This document shows positions 22,073 through 54,178 of a stretch of 64,000 nt of DNA, in pieces. The notes under the pieces were generated by a model that saw only the letters and a program-made list of their open reading frames with translations, was not told the DNA's origin and did no database searches. Position 1 is the stretch's first letter; the number at the start of each line of letters is the position of its first letter. Source of the stretch: the human T2T-CHM13v2.0 reference genome, Homo sapiens; NCBI RefSeq assembly GCF_009914755.1, contig NC_060947.1; one strand, written 5' to 3'. The position numbers and the translations under genes are program-made.

Positions 22073-22601
22073 GAAGACTCTCAAACCATCAAGAATGATT
22101 ACATAAAAACAAGCAGAGTCTCAATGTCATGATGGTCTCAAACAGTCAGGAAATGTCTCAAAGACATCAAGAAAATTCTCAAAGACATCAGAAAGACTAG
22201 CAAACATGTCAGGAGCAGTCTCAAACATAGGACGAGTCTCAAACAAATTAGGAATGGCCTCAAACATGTCAAGAAGTATCTCCAACAAACCAGGATGTGT
22301 CTCAAAACAGAGAAAAAATGTCTCAAATACTTCAGGAATGGTCACATAGGTGTCAGGAAGGGTCTCAAATATGTCAAGAAGAGTCATGAATGTCAGAAAA
22401 GGCTTCAAAAACATCAGAGGAGGGCCTCAAAATCATCAGGAAGTCTCAAATACACTAGAAAGAGTCTCAAACATGACAGGAAGTGTTCCTAAGAGAGAGG
22501 AAGAGTCTGGAATCTATTACAAATTCTCTCAAACCAGAATGGAAGAATCTCACGGTAGTCAGGAAAAGCATTACATTTGTCAGTAAGGGTCAGTAACGGT
22601 C

Positions 22602-22966
22602 TCATATAGTTTGGCTGTGTCCGCATCCAAAACTCAAATTGTAGCTCCCATAATTCCCATGTCCTGTGGGAGGGACCCAGTGGGAGGTAATTGAATCATG
22701 AGGGTGGGTCTTTCCTGTGCTGTTCTCGTGATAGTGAATAAGTCTCACAAGGTCTGATGGTTTTATAAAGGGGAGTTCCTCCGTGCATGCTCTCTCTTGC
22801 TTGCCTTCCACCATGCAAGACATGACTTTGCTCCTCCTTTGCCTTTGGCGATGATTGTGAGGCCTCCCCAGGCATGTGGAACTATGAGTCCATTAAACCT
22901 CTTTCCTTTATAAATTACCCAGTCTCGGGTATGTCTTTGTTAGCAGCATGAGAACAGACTAATGCA
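22602..22966 (+). mobile_element. THE1 MaLR solo LTR
   Basis: t(c)atatagtttggctgtgtcc...gagaacagactaatgca; 5-bp TSD (c/t)ggtc. Confidence 0.9.
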
Positions 22967-23649
22967 TGGTCTCATATACATACAGAAAGGTTTTAACATT
23001 TCAGCAAGGGACGTAAATGAGTTGGGAAGCATCTCAAGCATCAAAAAATGTCTCTAACATGTCACAAAGAGTCTCAAAGAAGCCTCAGACAGGTTTAAGA
23101 CAGTCTTAAATATGTCATAAACTTATCAAATATGACAAAGAGGGTCTCAAACACACCAGGAGGAGTCTAAACATGTTAGAGAGTGTGAGTCTTCTCAGGG
23201 TCTTATCTAGAAGAGAGAGGAAGGATCTCTATTCCATCAGCAGTCCTCTCAGACTAGTCTAGAAGGACTCAAAGTAGTCAGCAAGAGCTTTAAATATGTC
23301 AGTAATTGTCTCAAACGGGGAAAAAGAGATACAAATACCTTTGGATAGGTCTCGAACATATCAGAAAAGAGATCTAATATACCAGTTAGAGTCTCAAACA
23401 AGTCATGAAGGATGTCAAACATGTCAGGAAGAGATTTAAATACAAAAGGAAGGGTTTTGAATATGTCAGAGAGCTTCAAACATGAGAGGAAAGGTCTCAC
23501 AACTTCTCAGAAAGTTTTTAGAGGAACAATGAAGGGTCTCAAATACATCAGGAACAATCTCATACACATCATGAAGGTTCTCAAACAGGTCAGAAGAGTC
23601 TAAAATAAGTTCTAAACACATCAGGAAGATTCTCAAATAAGTCAGAACA

Positions 23650-24756
<1,107 letters not shown>

Positions 24757-24859
24757 ATGTCAATAGCCTCCCCCTTCTTTTTTTCAGGTTGTTTTTTATA
24801 AAATCTTTACTCTGCCACCAGTTGGGTTGGTATTGAGTAGAAAATGATCTTCTTGTATT

Positions 24860-25455
24860 TTTCGTTTTTACTTTTATTTTAAGTTCAGGGGTACCTGTGC
24901 AGGTTTGTTACATAGGTAAACTTGTGTCATGGGGGTTTGTTGTAAAGATTATTTCATCACTCAAGTATCAACCCTAGTACCCGTTAGTTGTTTTACTTGA
25001 TTCTCTCCCTCCTCCCACTCTCCATCCTCCAATAGGCCCCAGTGTGTGTTGTTCCCCTCTATGTATCCATGCATTCTCGTCATTTAGCTCCCACTTTTAA
25101 GTGAGAACCTGCAGTATCTGGTTTTCTGTTCCTGTGTTAGTTTACTAAGGATAATGGCCTCCAGCTCCATTGATGTCCCTGCAAAGGACATAATCTCATT
25201 CTTTTTTTATGGCTGCATAGTATTCCATGGTATATATGCACCACGTTTTCTTTAGCCAGTCTACCATTGATGAGCATTTAGGTTGAGTCCATGCCTTTGT
25301 TATTGTAAATAGTGATGCGATGCAATACACGTGCATGTGTCTTTATAATAAAATGACTTATACTCCTTTTGGTATATGCCAGTAATGGGATTGCTGGGTC
25401 AAATGGCATTTCTGTCTTTAGGTCACTGAGGAATCGCCACAGTCTTCCACAATGA
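24860..25455 (-). mobile_element. L1PA (older, ~L1PA13-16-like) 3' end
   Basis: ttttattttaagttcaggggtac..gtgcaggtttgttacataggtaaacttgtgtcatggggg. Confidence 0.85.
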
Positions 25456-25678
25456 ATAGACCCCTTTTAATAATGAATAGGACAATTAGACAGAAGTTAT
25501 AACTGGCAGAAGATCAACAAGGAAAGAGAAAACTTGTCCAACACTATAAACCAACTACACTAAATGGACATCTCGAGAACATTCCACCCAACAACAGCAG
25601 AATATACATTCTTCTCAAATGCATATAAAAGTCTTTAAATTAGACCATATGTTAGGCCATAAAACAAACCTCAGTTTA

Positions 25679-25882
<204 letters not shown>

Positions 25883-26841
25883 TCAGAGGATATCTTGAGC
25901 CCAAGAGTTTAAGGTTGCAGTGAGCCATGAGCATGCCTCTGCACTCTAGCCTGGGTGACAAAGCAAGACCCCAACTCAAAAAAAAAAAAAATTGGCAAAC
26001 TTTTGGTTAAATTGACCAAGAAATGAAGAAAAAAGACTCAAATTATAATACTAAAATCATAAATGAAAGAAGGGACGTTACCACTAACCTTACAGAAATA
26101 AAAAGGATTATTAAAAAATACTATGGGCCAGTGCATGGTGGCTCATGCCTGTAATCCCAACATTTAGGGAGGCCGAGGCAGGCAGATGGCTTGAGCCTAG
26201 GAGTTCGAGACCAGCCTGGGCAACATGACACTACCCCATCTCTACCAAAACTACAAAAACATTAGCCAGGCTTAGTGGTATGCTCCTGTAGTCCCAGCTA
26301 CCCTGGAGGCTAAGGTGGGAGGATCAGTTGAGACCAGGAGATCAAGGCTGCAGTGAACCATGCTTGCACAACTGCATACCAGGCTGGGTGACAGAGCGAG
26401 ACCCTGTCTCAAACAAAAAAAAAAAAAGAAAAAAGAAAACTATGAACAACTGTATGCCAACAAATTAGATAACTTACATGAAATAGACAAATACCTAGGA
26501 TACAAACTACCAAAACAGACTCAAAAAGAAGTAAAGAATATATATAGACCTCTAACAAATAAAGAGATTAATTAGTAATCAAACAACTATTCGCAAAGAA
26601 AAGATGAGGTCCAGATGGCTTCACTGATGAATTCTACCAAACATTTAAACATTTAAAGAATTAATACCAATTATTCAGCAACTTTTCCAAACAATAGAAG
26701 AGGAAGGAATATTCAGTTCTCTCTCTGAGGCCAGTATTACCCTGATACCAAAACCAGACAGACATCCCAAGAAAAAAAAATTAAAGGCCAATATCCCTTA
26801 TGCATATAGACAACCCGCAAAATCGGCAAATTATCAGCTAT

Positions 26842-26843
<2 letters not shown>

Positions 26844-26883
<40 letters not shown>

Positions 26884-27068
26884 CACACATATATATGCAT
26901 ATACATATATGTGTGTATATATATACACATATATATGCATATACATGTGTATATGTATATATATACACATATATATGCATATACATGTGTATATGTATAT
27001 ATATACACATATACACATATATGTGTATATATATGCATATATATGTGTGTATATGTATATATGTGTGG

Positions 27069-27103
<35 letters not shown>
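26844..27103. repeat. (TG)n / TATACACATA-type / (TA)n compound microsatellite
   Basis: About 260 bp of nearly unbroken purine-pyrimidine alternation at an Alu tail. Confidence 0.95.
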
Positions 27104-27135
<32 letters not shown>

Positions 27136-27464
27136 AGACAGAGTTTCACTCTTGTTGCCCAGGCTGGAGTACAATGGCGATCTCCGCTCACTGCAACAAC
27201 CTCCATCTCCTGGGTTCAAGCTATTCTCCTGCCTCAGCCTCCTGAGTAGCTGGGATTACAGGCATGTGCCACCATGCCCGGCTAATTTTTTTGTATTTTT
27301 AGTAGAGACAGGGTTTCTCCATGTTGGTCAGGCTGGTCTCAAACTCCGACCTCAGGTGATTCGCCCGCCTCGGCCTCCCAAAGTGCTGGGATTACAGGCG
27401 TAAGCCACCGCGCCCAGTCTATTTTTTTAAATTATGTTTTAATTTTTAAAATTTTAAAAAATTT

Positions 27465-27990
27465 TAAAAGCATGATGTTTTGACATCTTAAAAGAACTTC
27501 TCTAGCTGAGGAGAAATTGTCCTTCCCTGGTCTAGCCAATTCTTAAAGATAACAAAGGCCCCAGCCAGGAGCATGTCTTTGATATGCAAACTAACCAATC
27601 CAGAGCCATCCCTCCTCTATCTGGCCCATGCACCCCAGGAGGCAATATTCCTCGGCCTTAATCATCCCAGTATCAGGTGCCAGGCAACTAGGAACCACCA
27701 CTACAGCTCAAAGCCCTCCAAAATTCTTCAAACTAACCAAACTGTTCACCTTGCCCTGCCTTGACTTTCCTGCGGAAACCCCAATAAAGGCAATGTCCTA
27801 AACTTTCTCCTTACTCCTGTCTTCTGCCTTCTGACCACTCTGGTGCCTTTCCCATGTGGCCCTGTGTGGTCTGCCATGCCTCCTGTCTCTAAGACCTGGG
27901 AGTATAATAAACCTTGTTTTCTCCTGAGCTTCTCCTGTGTCCCCTTTTGTGGCCACACCTGACTGACCATCTCATAAAAATACAAAACAC
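27465..27990 (+). mobile_element. ERVL-class LTR (MER54/MER74/LTR47-like)
   Basis: gttttgacatctt..ctagccaattctta..atgcaaactaaccaatccagagcc..ccccaataaagg..aaaaca. Confidence 0.6.
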
Positions 27991-28727
27991 TAGGAAATCA
28001 AATCTAGCAATGTACTAAAAGGGTTAGGCACCATGATCTAGTGGGATTTATCTATCCCAGGAATGCAAAGTTGGCCTAACATCTAAAAATAAGTTATTGT
28101 AATATACCATACCAATAGAATAGAAACAAAACCCACAGGAACATCTAAATTGATACAGAAAAAGCATTTGTCAAAATCCAACATTTTCATGATAAATAAC
28201 ACTCAACAAATTAGGAATAGAAGGAAATTTCTACAACCTGATAAAGGACATCTATGAAAAACCCACAGCAAACTTCACATGTAATGTTGAAAAACTGGCT
28301 GCCTTCCCCCTAAGGTCAGGAACAGGACAAGTATATTTGCTCTCACTGCTTCTAGTCAACCTTGTACTGAAGGTTCTGCCTAGGGTAATTTGGCCAGGGA
28401 AAGAAATAAAAGGCACCCAGATCGGAAAGGAAGCAGTATAGCTATCTCTATTTACAGATGACGTGATCTTACATGTAAAAAATCCTAAGGAATCCACTTT
28501 TTAAAAAAACTATTAGAACTAATAAATTCGGCAAAGGTGCAGAATACAAGTTCAATAAACAAAAATCAGTTTTATTTCTCTACCCTTGCAGTGAACAATT
28601 TCTGATGTGCTTGTCACTATTCCCAACATGTTTTCAGTCCTTCCTGACTTTTTGAGACTTTTTCTCACGTATTAGAGACTCTTTCTGCATGTGTGAGATC
28701 CTTTATGAGGTATCTAAAATTTTTCCT

Positions 28728-29022
<295 letters not shown>

Positions 29023-29159
29023 ATTCCTGACTACTTCATATCCATACCTTACAAATTTGACATTCTTTCTGACTCTTTGATACCCTTGCCTACTCTTTGA
29101 TCAGAAAGAGTCATACACATCAGACCCTCCCTGAAATGTATAAGACTCTTCCTGATAAA

Positions 29160-31872
<2,713 letters not shown>

Positions 31873-32388
31873 GAAGAGTAACAAAATGACTCTTCCTAAA
31901 GTGTTTGGGACCCTACGTGACTTGTCTCAGACTCTTCCTGACACGTTTCAGGTCATTCTGACTTGATTGAGACACTTTCCAACTTCTGGGAGACACTGCC
32001 TGACATGTTTCAGATCCTTCTGGCTATACTTGATCTCTTCCTTTCTGTTTGAGATCTTCCTAACTTGAGTAAGACCCTTCCGGTCTCACTTGTTTTATTC
32101 CTTCCTTACATGGTTGAGAAAGTTATTTACTTGCTGAAGTCTTTTCCTGATTATTTGAGACACTCTCTGCCCGGTCGAGATGCTTCCTGAAATGTAAACG
32201 TCTCTTCCTGATTATTTGAAACCCTTCCTGACTTGTTTAGACCTTGACTAACATGTTGAGATCCTTTCTGGTGTATTTTGGACCTCTCCTGATTGTTTGA
32301 GACTCTGCCTAACTTGACTGGGACTCTTTCTGACTTGTTTGAGATCTTTACTCAAATGGTTAAAACACTTCCTAATTTAAGACGTTTC

Positions 32389-33124
<736 letters not shown>

Positions 33125-33289
33125 CCTTCCTGTCATGTTTTATGTCCTTCCTCACTGGTTCGAGACTCATTCTTACTCGCTTAAGACCCTTTCTGAAATG
33201 TTTGAGACCCATCCTGATCTGGTAAAAGTCTTCCTCATAATGTTTAGACCCTTCTTGGCTTGTTTGCTAGATGCTTTTCCTGACATATT

Positions 33290-33710
33290 TTTATTTTATT
33301 TTATTTTATTTTAAGTTCCGGGATACATGTGCAGGATGTGCAGGCTTGTTACACAGGTAAAAGTGTGCCATGGTGGTTTGCTGCTCCTATCAACCCATCA
33401 CTTAGGTATTAAGCCCAGCATGCATTAGATATTTATCCTGATGCTGTCCCTCCTCCTGCCCCACCCCACCCCCCAGACAGGCCCCAGTGTGTGTTGCTCC
33501 CTCCCTGTGTCCGTGTGTTCTCATTGTTCAGCTCCCACTTATAGATGAGAACATGCAGTGTTTGGTTTTCCGTTCCTGTGTTAGTTTGCTGAGGATAATG
33601 GCTTCCAGCTCCATCCATGTCCCTGCAAAGGACATGATCTTGTTCCTTTTTACGGCTGCATAGTATTCCATGTTGTATATGTACCACATTTTCTTTATCC
33701 AGTCTGTATT
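33290..33710 (-). mobile_element. L1PA (~L1PA8-like) 3' end
   Basis: ttttaagttccgggatacatgtgcaggatgtgcagg..gccatggtggtttgctgc; minus ORF KRNKIMSFAGTWMELEAIILSKL. Confidence 0.88.
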
Positions 33711-34311
33711 GATACTTGAGACTCTTCTGGACAGACATGAGATGCTTTCTGATGTATTTGAAGCCCACCTTAATACATGCAAGACTTTTCCTCATGACTT
33801 TGAGGCTGCTCCTGTCATGTTGGAGGCCTTTTCTGACTTGTTTGATACTCTTCATGACATATTTGAGATGCCTGACATATGTGAGGCTTTTCATGGTGTA
33901 TTTAAGACACTTTCCCTTTCTTTCGGACCCTTCCTGATATGTTTGCAAAACATGCCAATTTGTTAGAGATACTTACTGACCTGCTTCAAAAGTTTCTCAA
34001 CTTTGAGACTCTTTTCTGTTTGAAATCATTCCTGGTGAATTTGAGACCCTTCCTAATCTATTTGAGACTCTTCCTTATGCGTATGAAACCATTTTTTACT
34101 TGCCTCATTTTACTTGACTCTTCCTGACATACTTGAGATGCTTGCTGACCTGTTTGAGACACTTCCTGACCTATTTGGTATCATTCCTGGTTATTCAAGA
34201 CTCCCTAAAAATCTTGAGACACCTCCTGACATGTACGTGATATTTTCTGGCTTGTTTCAGAACCTTCCAGACATGTTTGAGACCCTTCCCAGAAAGGGCC
34301 CTTTTGGGACC

Positions 34312-34988
<677 letters not shown>

Positions 34989-35900
34989 AACACCCTTTCA
35001 AAGATCATTAAAACGTTTCCTTACAACTTTGTGACCCTTGCTTATGTATTTGAATCTCTTACTGTCTGCTTAAGACCTTGACTGACATGTTTGAGACCCT
35101 TCTTGTCTGAGTCCCTTCCTGATGTATCTAAAACTCTTCCTGATGACTTTAAGACACTTTCCTAACACGTTCGTGACCTTCTATAACTTGCTCGAGCTGT
35201 TTCCTGATACTTAAGATCCTTCATAATTTTTTGAGCTCTTTCAGACTATTTGGGGGCCCTTTGTGACATATTTGAGACCTTTCTTATCTTGCTTTAGATG
35301 TTTTCTGACTATTCAAGATTGTTTTCTTCTGTTTGAGATCCTTCCTTATGTATTCGATACCCTTCTTGAGTTGAGAACCTTCCAGAAGTATTTGAGATTG
35401 TTATTGACTTGTTTAAAGCTCTCCCTGACTTGTCTGAGACTCTTCCTGATGTATTTGAGACAATTTCTGGCTTGCTGGAAACCTTTGCCAAGGTGTTGGA
35501 GACTTTTCCTTACTATTTGAGAGTCTTCCTGTCTGACTGAGACCCTTTTGGACATGTTTGAGATCCTTCCTTCTTTTTTGATACTTTCTGACTTCTCCAT
35601 TCTCACTTTTTTTATTCTTCCTGTCATATGTGAGTCTTTTCCTGACCTATTTGAGACTCTTACTAACCAGTTTCAGACCTTCTCTGGCCTCTTTGAGACT
35701 TGTCCTTAAGTATTTAGTTAACTTTTCCTGACATCTTTGAGACCCTTCCTGTCTTTTTGGAGATTTGCTTTTGATTTGTTTCTGAGTGCTGAATCAGTAC
35801 CTGGTACAATCTTAGGAGGAGGCAAAAAGACAGTTATCCTCAGAATGGAGAGGACCTTTCTTCAAGCATCTAATCAAAACATATATATGACCATGTGTCA

Positions 35901-36792
<892 letters not shown>

Positions 36793-36839
36793 CTCTTCTA
36801 GTCTTTTGATCAAAATTATCTCCAATTCTGCCTAAGTGT

Positions 36840-37325
36840 CTGTGTTTTTCGTTAGAATATAGTTTTGGCTGTTGTCTCTGAGAACCAAAATAACAATGTC
36901 TTACGATAAAGAAAGCAGAGCATTTCTCCCTCTGGGCATATGTAGTCCAGAGCTGCTCTTTCAGCACCATGGTGGTTCCTGGGCTCCTCCTGTGTTATGA
37001 AATTGCCATCCCTGAGTGAAGCTTTGTCCACATGGTCCCAGATGGCTCATTACCACATCCCTCTTCCAACCAGCAAGAAGGGCAAAGAGGAAGCAGATAG
37101 CAAGCTCTGCTCCTTTAGGGACATGATCCAGAAGTTGCATACATAAGTTCTGCTCACATATAGTTGGCCAGAATGTAGTCACATGACCACATCTAGCTAT
37201 AAGGGAGGCTGGGTAATGTAGTCTCTATTCTGGGAAGCCATTTTACCTTCTTAAATTCAGGGTTTCTATTGCTACCAAAAAATGAACAAAAAGGATTTGG
37301 GGGAACAAATAGCAATCTAGTCACA
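36840..37325 (-). mobile_element. MLT1-type MaLR LTR (old)
   Basis: ttggccagaatgtagtcacatgaccacatctagctataagggaggctggg..atgtagtct. Confidence 0.65.
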
Positions 37326-38776
37326 ATCTCCCATTTTGAAACTTAGAAGTTTTCAATTTGGCTAAGAAAAAAAAAAAATTCCCTCCTCCGGCAAGAGAAA
37401 AAAAAAAAGGAACTTCCCCCCTTTTCTCTTCCTTAACTTGGTAGCTCCCACAGAGGAATGGTTTTTAATGCTAAGCAATGAAAGCAAACGGAAAAAAGGC
37501 TGCTGGAATTTGGAGTATTTCTTTGTAATCAAGAATGCCTTGAGATATCAGGCTAGGACCTAAAGACCAACCTGAATTTTGTAATTGAACGTCTGTGTCT
37601 GCAGCAAAAGCACAGAACATTTTTAGATGCAGATAGTATCAGATCACCATCTGGACTATAAATAATTTATACATTTCAGATACCTGGGAATCACATGGGC
37701 CAGGAACAAATAAGGTACTAAATCTCAGTGAGAAAAAATATCTCCAAACATTGTATCTGTGAATCCAATTTAAAGTCGAATGATGGTTTGGAGAATTGAA
37801 TAAAAATACAGGAAAGATCTCTATTGCTTACGTAAAATTGAATTCGCATTATTTTTTATTTTAAAAAATATACAAAGGAAAGGCTGAACAAATTAAGCTT
37901 AATTCTCCACAATCCAGTCATGGGGTGGGTGGGTTGGGGGCAACTAGAATTGATTCCATATCCAATCCCCTGTCTTTGGGTTCTAGAGGTAAGACGCTTA
38001 TCAGATCCTCTCCAAGTAGTGACTTTGCACATTGGGCCGCAACTTTGTAAAACATGATCACTCTTTTGACTATTTTTGAGAGAGCTTGCTGAGGCATCTG
38101 ACTGAGTACACTTAGAGAATGACAAAACATGGCAGAAAGAGAGTCTGGGGGCTGATTCCGGGTTGGCAGTGGGAGGATGAAACAGAACACTGGGCTGCCC
38201 CAAATCCAATGGATGGGGCACGGACAGGGGCCAGGGTTCAGTTGGGCATTGCCAGAAAGTCACAACAGATGTTCTTTCAGAGTGGAGCCAGGAGCCTGAA
38301 ACCTACAAATGAACTCGGTTAGGAGCTGGCAAGATAACTTGCCCACTGACCTTCACCAAGTACTTGTCGGTGGCCTTGCTCAGCCTTTACAGGCCCAGCC
38401 ATCCACCTGCCAACCTCTCTCTGGACAGTGCCTTAAAGGCTGCACAGAGGAAGTTTCAGCATTGTACTCTCTGGAATGGAGTCTAGTGAGGTGGTTGGGC
38501 ATGTTTCTGTGTTTTTGAGAAATGGGTGATCACGTGAGGTCCCTCTGAATTGGAATACGTGTGAACACAAATAAGTGTCTTTAATCACTTAGAATTTTTG
38601 TTTTATATTTATTCAAAGAATTCTTTTAGACTTATCTAGACATTTGTTTTTCTCATATATCACTTTTGGACATACCTTAAAAAAGAAAATTTAAGTTGGT
38701 TAAAGTATTCCTAAAACTTCTTTACATTCAGAACCCAGCTTTTCTGAATCAACTTTTAAAAATTGAGATGCAACAT

Positions 38777-41292
<2,516 letters not shown>

Positions 41293-41420
41293 ACTTGTTT
41301 GTATTTTTAATATTGAGTTGTAAAAGTTCTTTATTTCCAATCGAAATGTAATATAAATCTATGCAATCTTTCTGGAGTACAATGTGGCTTCAAATGTTTC
41401 AAATGCCCTAGAATTGTGTA

Positions 41421-41457
<37 letters not shown>

Positions 41458-41469
41458 TTAGGCAGGGCA

Positions 41470-41865
41470 CTGTGATGCACTACCCAGATTCCCCTTCAGT
41501 GAAGGACTTCTTGCCCAACTCCAAGAGTGTGGTCAGCAGACAGCCCTCAGCTGTCATCCCCTCCAGGTCTGCCTCAGCTGCAGAGGGCAGCCCATGCCCA
41601 CTGACTGATCAAGGCAAGGGTCTAAAGGTCTGGACATTTCCACTCAGCCCTGGACAGCTCTGAAAGGCTGTTCTAACACCAGAGTTCCCTGTAGGGTCAG
41701 CTGAGTCCATCAGGCCTGCATCAAAGCTTGGCTTCTCTCTCTACCCAATCCTGCTTCATCCTCCTACCTTCCACAGGTGTTGATCCCAAGAGCACTTCTT
41801 AGTGAACATCCTACACACTAAACTCCATTGCAGAGTCAGTTTCCTGCAGAACCCCACCTACAACA
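41470..41865 (+). mobile_element. LTR16-type ERVL LTR
   Basis: tgtgatgcactacccagattcccc..ccttccacaggtgttgatcccaagagcact..cagagtcagtttcc..aacccc. Confidence 0.7.
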
Positions 41866-42959
41866 AGCAGCTTCATCTTAACTCCCCCAAAAGTATCATC
41901 TTCTAAGAAATTCTGTGTAATTCTAATGGCACACACACACACACCATCTCTTGTTGATTAGCCCAGAAGTTAGCACCTGACCCAAGATGCTTTTCCCTGG
42001 GGGTGTTGAACTTGGGAATCAGAGAGACTAAGTCACTGCACCTGCCCGGTGTGAAGCTGGAAAACAGGAGGGTAGGAAGGAGTAACACAGTATATCTGGT
42101 TGCTCACTCCCAGCACAGCTCCAAGGGACCCTAGAGCTATGATCATTCCTTGCCCAACCCCTGAGAATGTGGCCCTTGGAAGGTTTTTTACGTTAATGAT
42201 TGATGATTTTGTTGTGTACATGTGGTGCAATGGACCATGCTGTACCAGCTTGTCAGGACTGGTTTGCACAAACATCAAGATTGATGATTGCACCCGAAAG
42301 GAACCAACTGTCCAGCCGAGCTACACGAGGAGATGAAGGGAGCAGAAATGTTCAGCTCCTGGGCTACGTGGCCAAAGAGGCAGTCAGCATGTTTACCTCT
42401 CTGAAGCGTGCATTCTACCATCAGGACACCCATCCATTTGTCTTCCCCACACTGCACAGTGAATCCAGTGAGTCTCCTGCAGTCCTTTGATCTTAGAAAA
42501 CCAGGCCAGAAAATAACAAGTAGCAACCTGGGGACAGTAAAATCTCTGCCCTGGGAATCGCTTTTCCTCCTAGAGCTGATCTACTACAACTACTCAGAAT
42601 ACATGCAAATGCTACACAATCATCCCGGTGACATATGTCTGTGTTATCCACAGGTGAATTTTGAACCTAGGACCTCTTTAAACTTCTTTGCAGTTACTTA
42701 AAGTGTACTAAAGAAAGGCTAATGTATGATAGTGCCAGATTGAAGTAAGTATTCGGAAGGCAATGGTTTCCAAGAGCAGATAGATATTCTTCAAAGTGAA
42801 GGCTTAGAGGAAATGATGCCCGTGAAAAAGGGACAGGCATTAAACCAGTGCCCAGAAAATAGCTCCATTAAATGAGCTTCTTACCACCATTAAAGTGGAA
42901 GTGTGACCTGCTCACTCTTTGTAATTTAGAGAACAAATGAATCAAAAAGTAAAATCCAA

Positions 42960-46961
<4,002 letters not shown>

Positions 46962-46989
46962 TAATCCCTCCCAAATCCCAGGCAGCAGC

Positions 46990-48905
<1,916 letters not shown>

Positions 48906-49476
48906 AATTCTCTTCGTTTACGTTATGCAAGGTTCAAGTTCTTCCCAAATAGAATATAGCATGGAAGTTCTCGCAGGTGCTCTCTCTCCTCAATGCAAGA
49001 CATGGCCACCTCTGAGATACAGTTGGCTCACCCCTAAAATGCTAAAGCCCAGCGATCACACAGGCGCACATATTAGAGCACTTCCTTCTCATAAACTTCC
49101 AGAAGCAGAATTACTAGATCATGAGCTAAACTCCCAAATTAACCTCCTGAGAGGTCAATGCTAATTCCTTTCCCATCAGCAGTACTCCATTACGGTGTAC
49201 TCTGGGCCTTCAGGCAAATAATAATGATGATGATGATGATGTTGATGATGATGATGATAGTGTCCTCTTCACTCTTTGTTAACTGGAAAATAAACAGATC
49301 TTTTTAGTGGCAGGGAAACTTCTGGGTTATCAGGACTAGTGAGGTCCTGGGATGGGCTTTTAGGAGAAAAGAAGCTCTTCTGGCAGCTTCCATCTCTGAA
49401 ATTATGTCCCCACCAATACTGTAAATTGTTTCCCCATGATGCCAAGTCATGTTTATTCAGGAATTCATTCACTTCA

Positions 49477-50830
<1,354 letters not shown>

Positions 50831-51414
50831 TTCCTAGAATACTCACAGTGGCTCTGTTTCCCTGGCTGAATCCTGTTACGATACTTACAGATTCTGCTTT
50901 ACATGAAAAACAGCATAAGAAAAAAAAAATGTTCTGGAGTGTAAGGCAGAATTCCACCTGATACTTAGAATCTATATATCTCATGTGCTTGATTTATAGA
51001 TTGGATATGTGGGAACTAAGGAAAGAAGATTATTCAATGAACCAGTGGAGGAAGAATCGTGTATGCTTTCAGTGTAGACCAAACTGGGGAAATAGATGAG
51101 AAAGGAATAACTGAAAAGACATAACCTTCTTTATCTTGTTTTTCTAAGCTCAAAAGATGGAAGAGGGGAAGGAATTGGTAGTGAAGCCATTTTTGTAGTC
51201 TGGAAATTTTCTGTCAAGTTTTACATAATTCCTTAGGGCATACCAAAGAAAATAATCAGTCCTGTCTACCCTCTAAGTAACTATCTTCTCTTGAAAGAGA
51301 AAGGAGTGATTCTTATTTAGGAAATCTAGTTCTTTAAATATAAAATACGAAATTGAGCCTGGGCAACATAAGGGAGACCTTGTCTCTACTAAAATTCAAA
51401 AAGAATAAAAATTA

Positions 51415-51630
<216 letters not shown>

Positions 51631-52394
51631 TTAAACATTATAAAACCAACAGGACAATATCTACCTGGTTAATGCTGAGGTGAATAGTCAAGGCTCTAAT
51701 GTTAATAAATAAATACATCAAAGATCTTTTCCTTTCTCTTCCTTATTGTAGCCTCCTCTCTTTGCAACAGAGAAAGGAGGTCTTAGAACAGTTTCCAGTG
51801 GAGAAGAATTTTGAAATTCAGCGTTTTCTTCCTAGCAGTCTGTATGTATGTGAATGTTCTATGCCATTGTTCTTTCAAAATCATACTTGTTTGTCTCCCT
51901 CTTCCACCCTCACGCAGTGAGCGTTTTCACCCAGTGTCTTTAAAACATGCCTGCCTCAGGTGGCTGGTCACTTTATCAAATAAAAGGTGGCTGGCTTTGC
52001 CAATTTCTTTTCCCTACTCTGCATTAATAAGCCTGGCTCACAGTGCAGTAGAATTTTATTTCCACCAAGCAAATACAGATTGCTTTCTCCTTGGCTGCTT
52101 TTTAAAAGTCTTCTCACTCTCACTTGTGTCTAGATCATCCACCCATCCCTGCAGCACTAATGCTGACAGTGGCCAAGAGTATGAAATGTTCTCAAGCCAG
52201 TCCTGAGCCCGCAGATTCCTCCTCGGCCACTGGTCACAGGAGTGCACAGGGGGACCACTGTGCAACCCAGACAACCACCAGCTCATCCTCACAAAGAAGA
52301 GATCGTCTCCACTCCTGGGACCCCCTGAGACTCCCAGGGACCCAAACTCTTAGCTCTTGGCTCTGCCTGGAGTTTTATCTCCAGCTTGCTGGGT

Positions 52395-54178
<1,784 letters not shown>

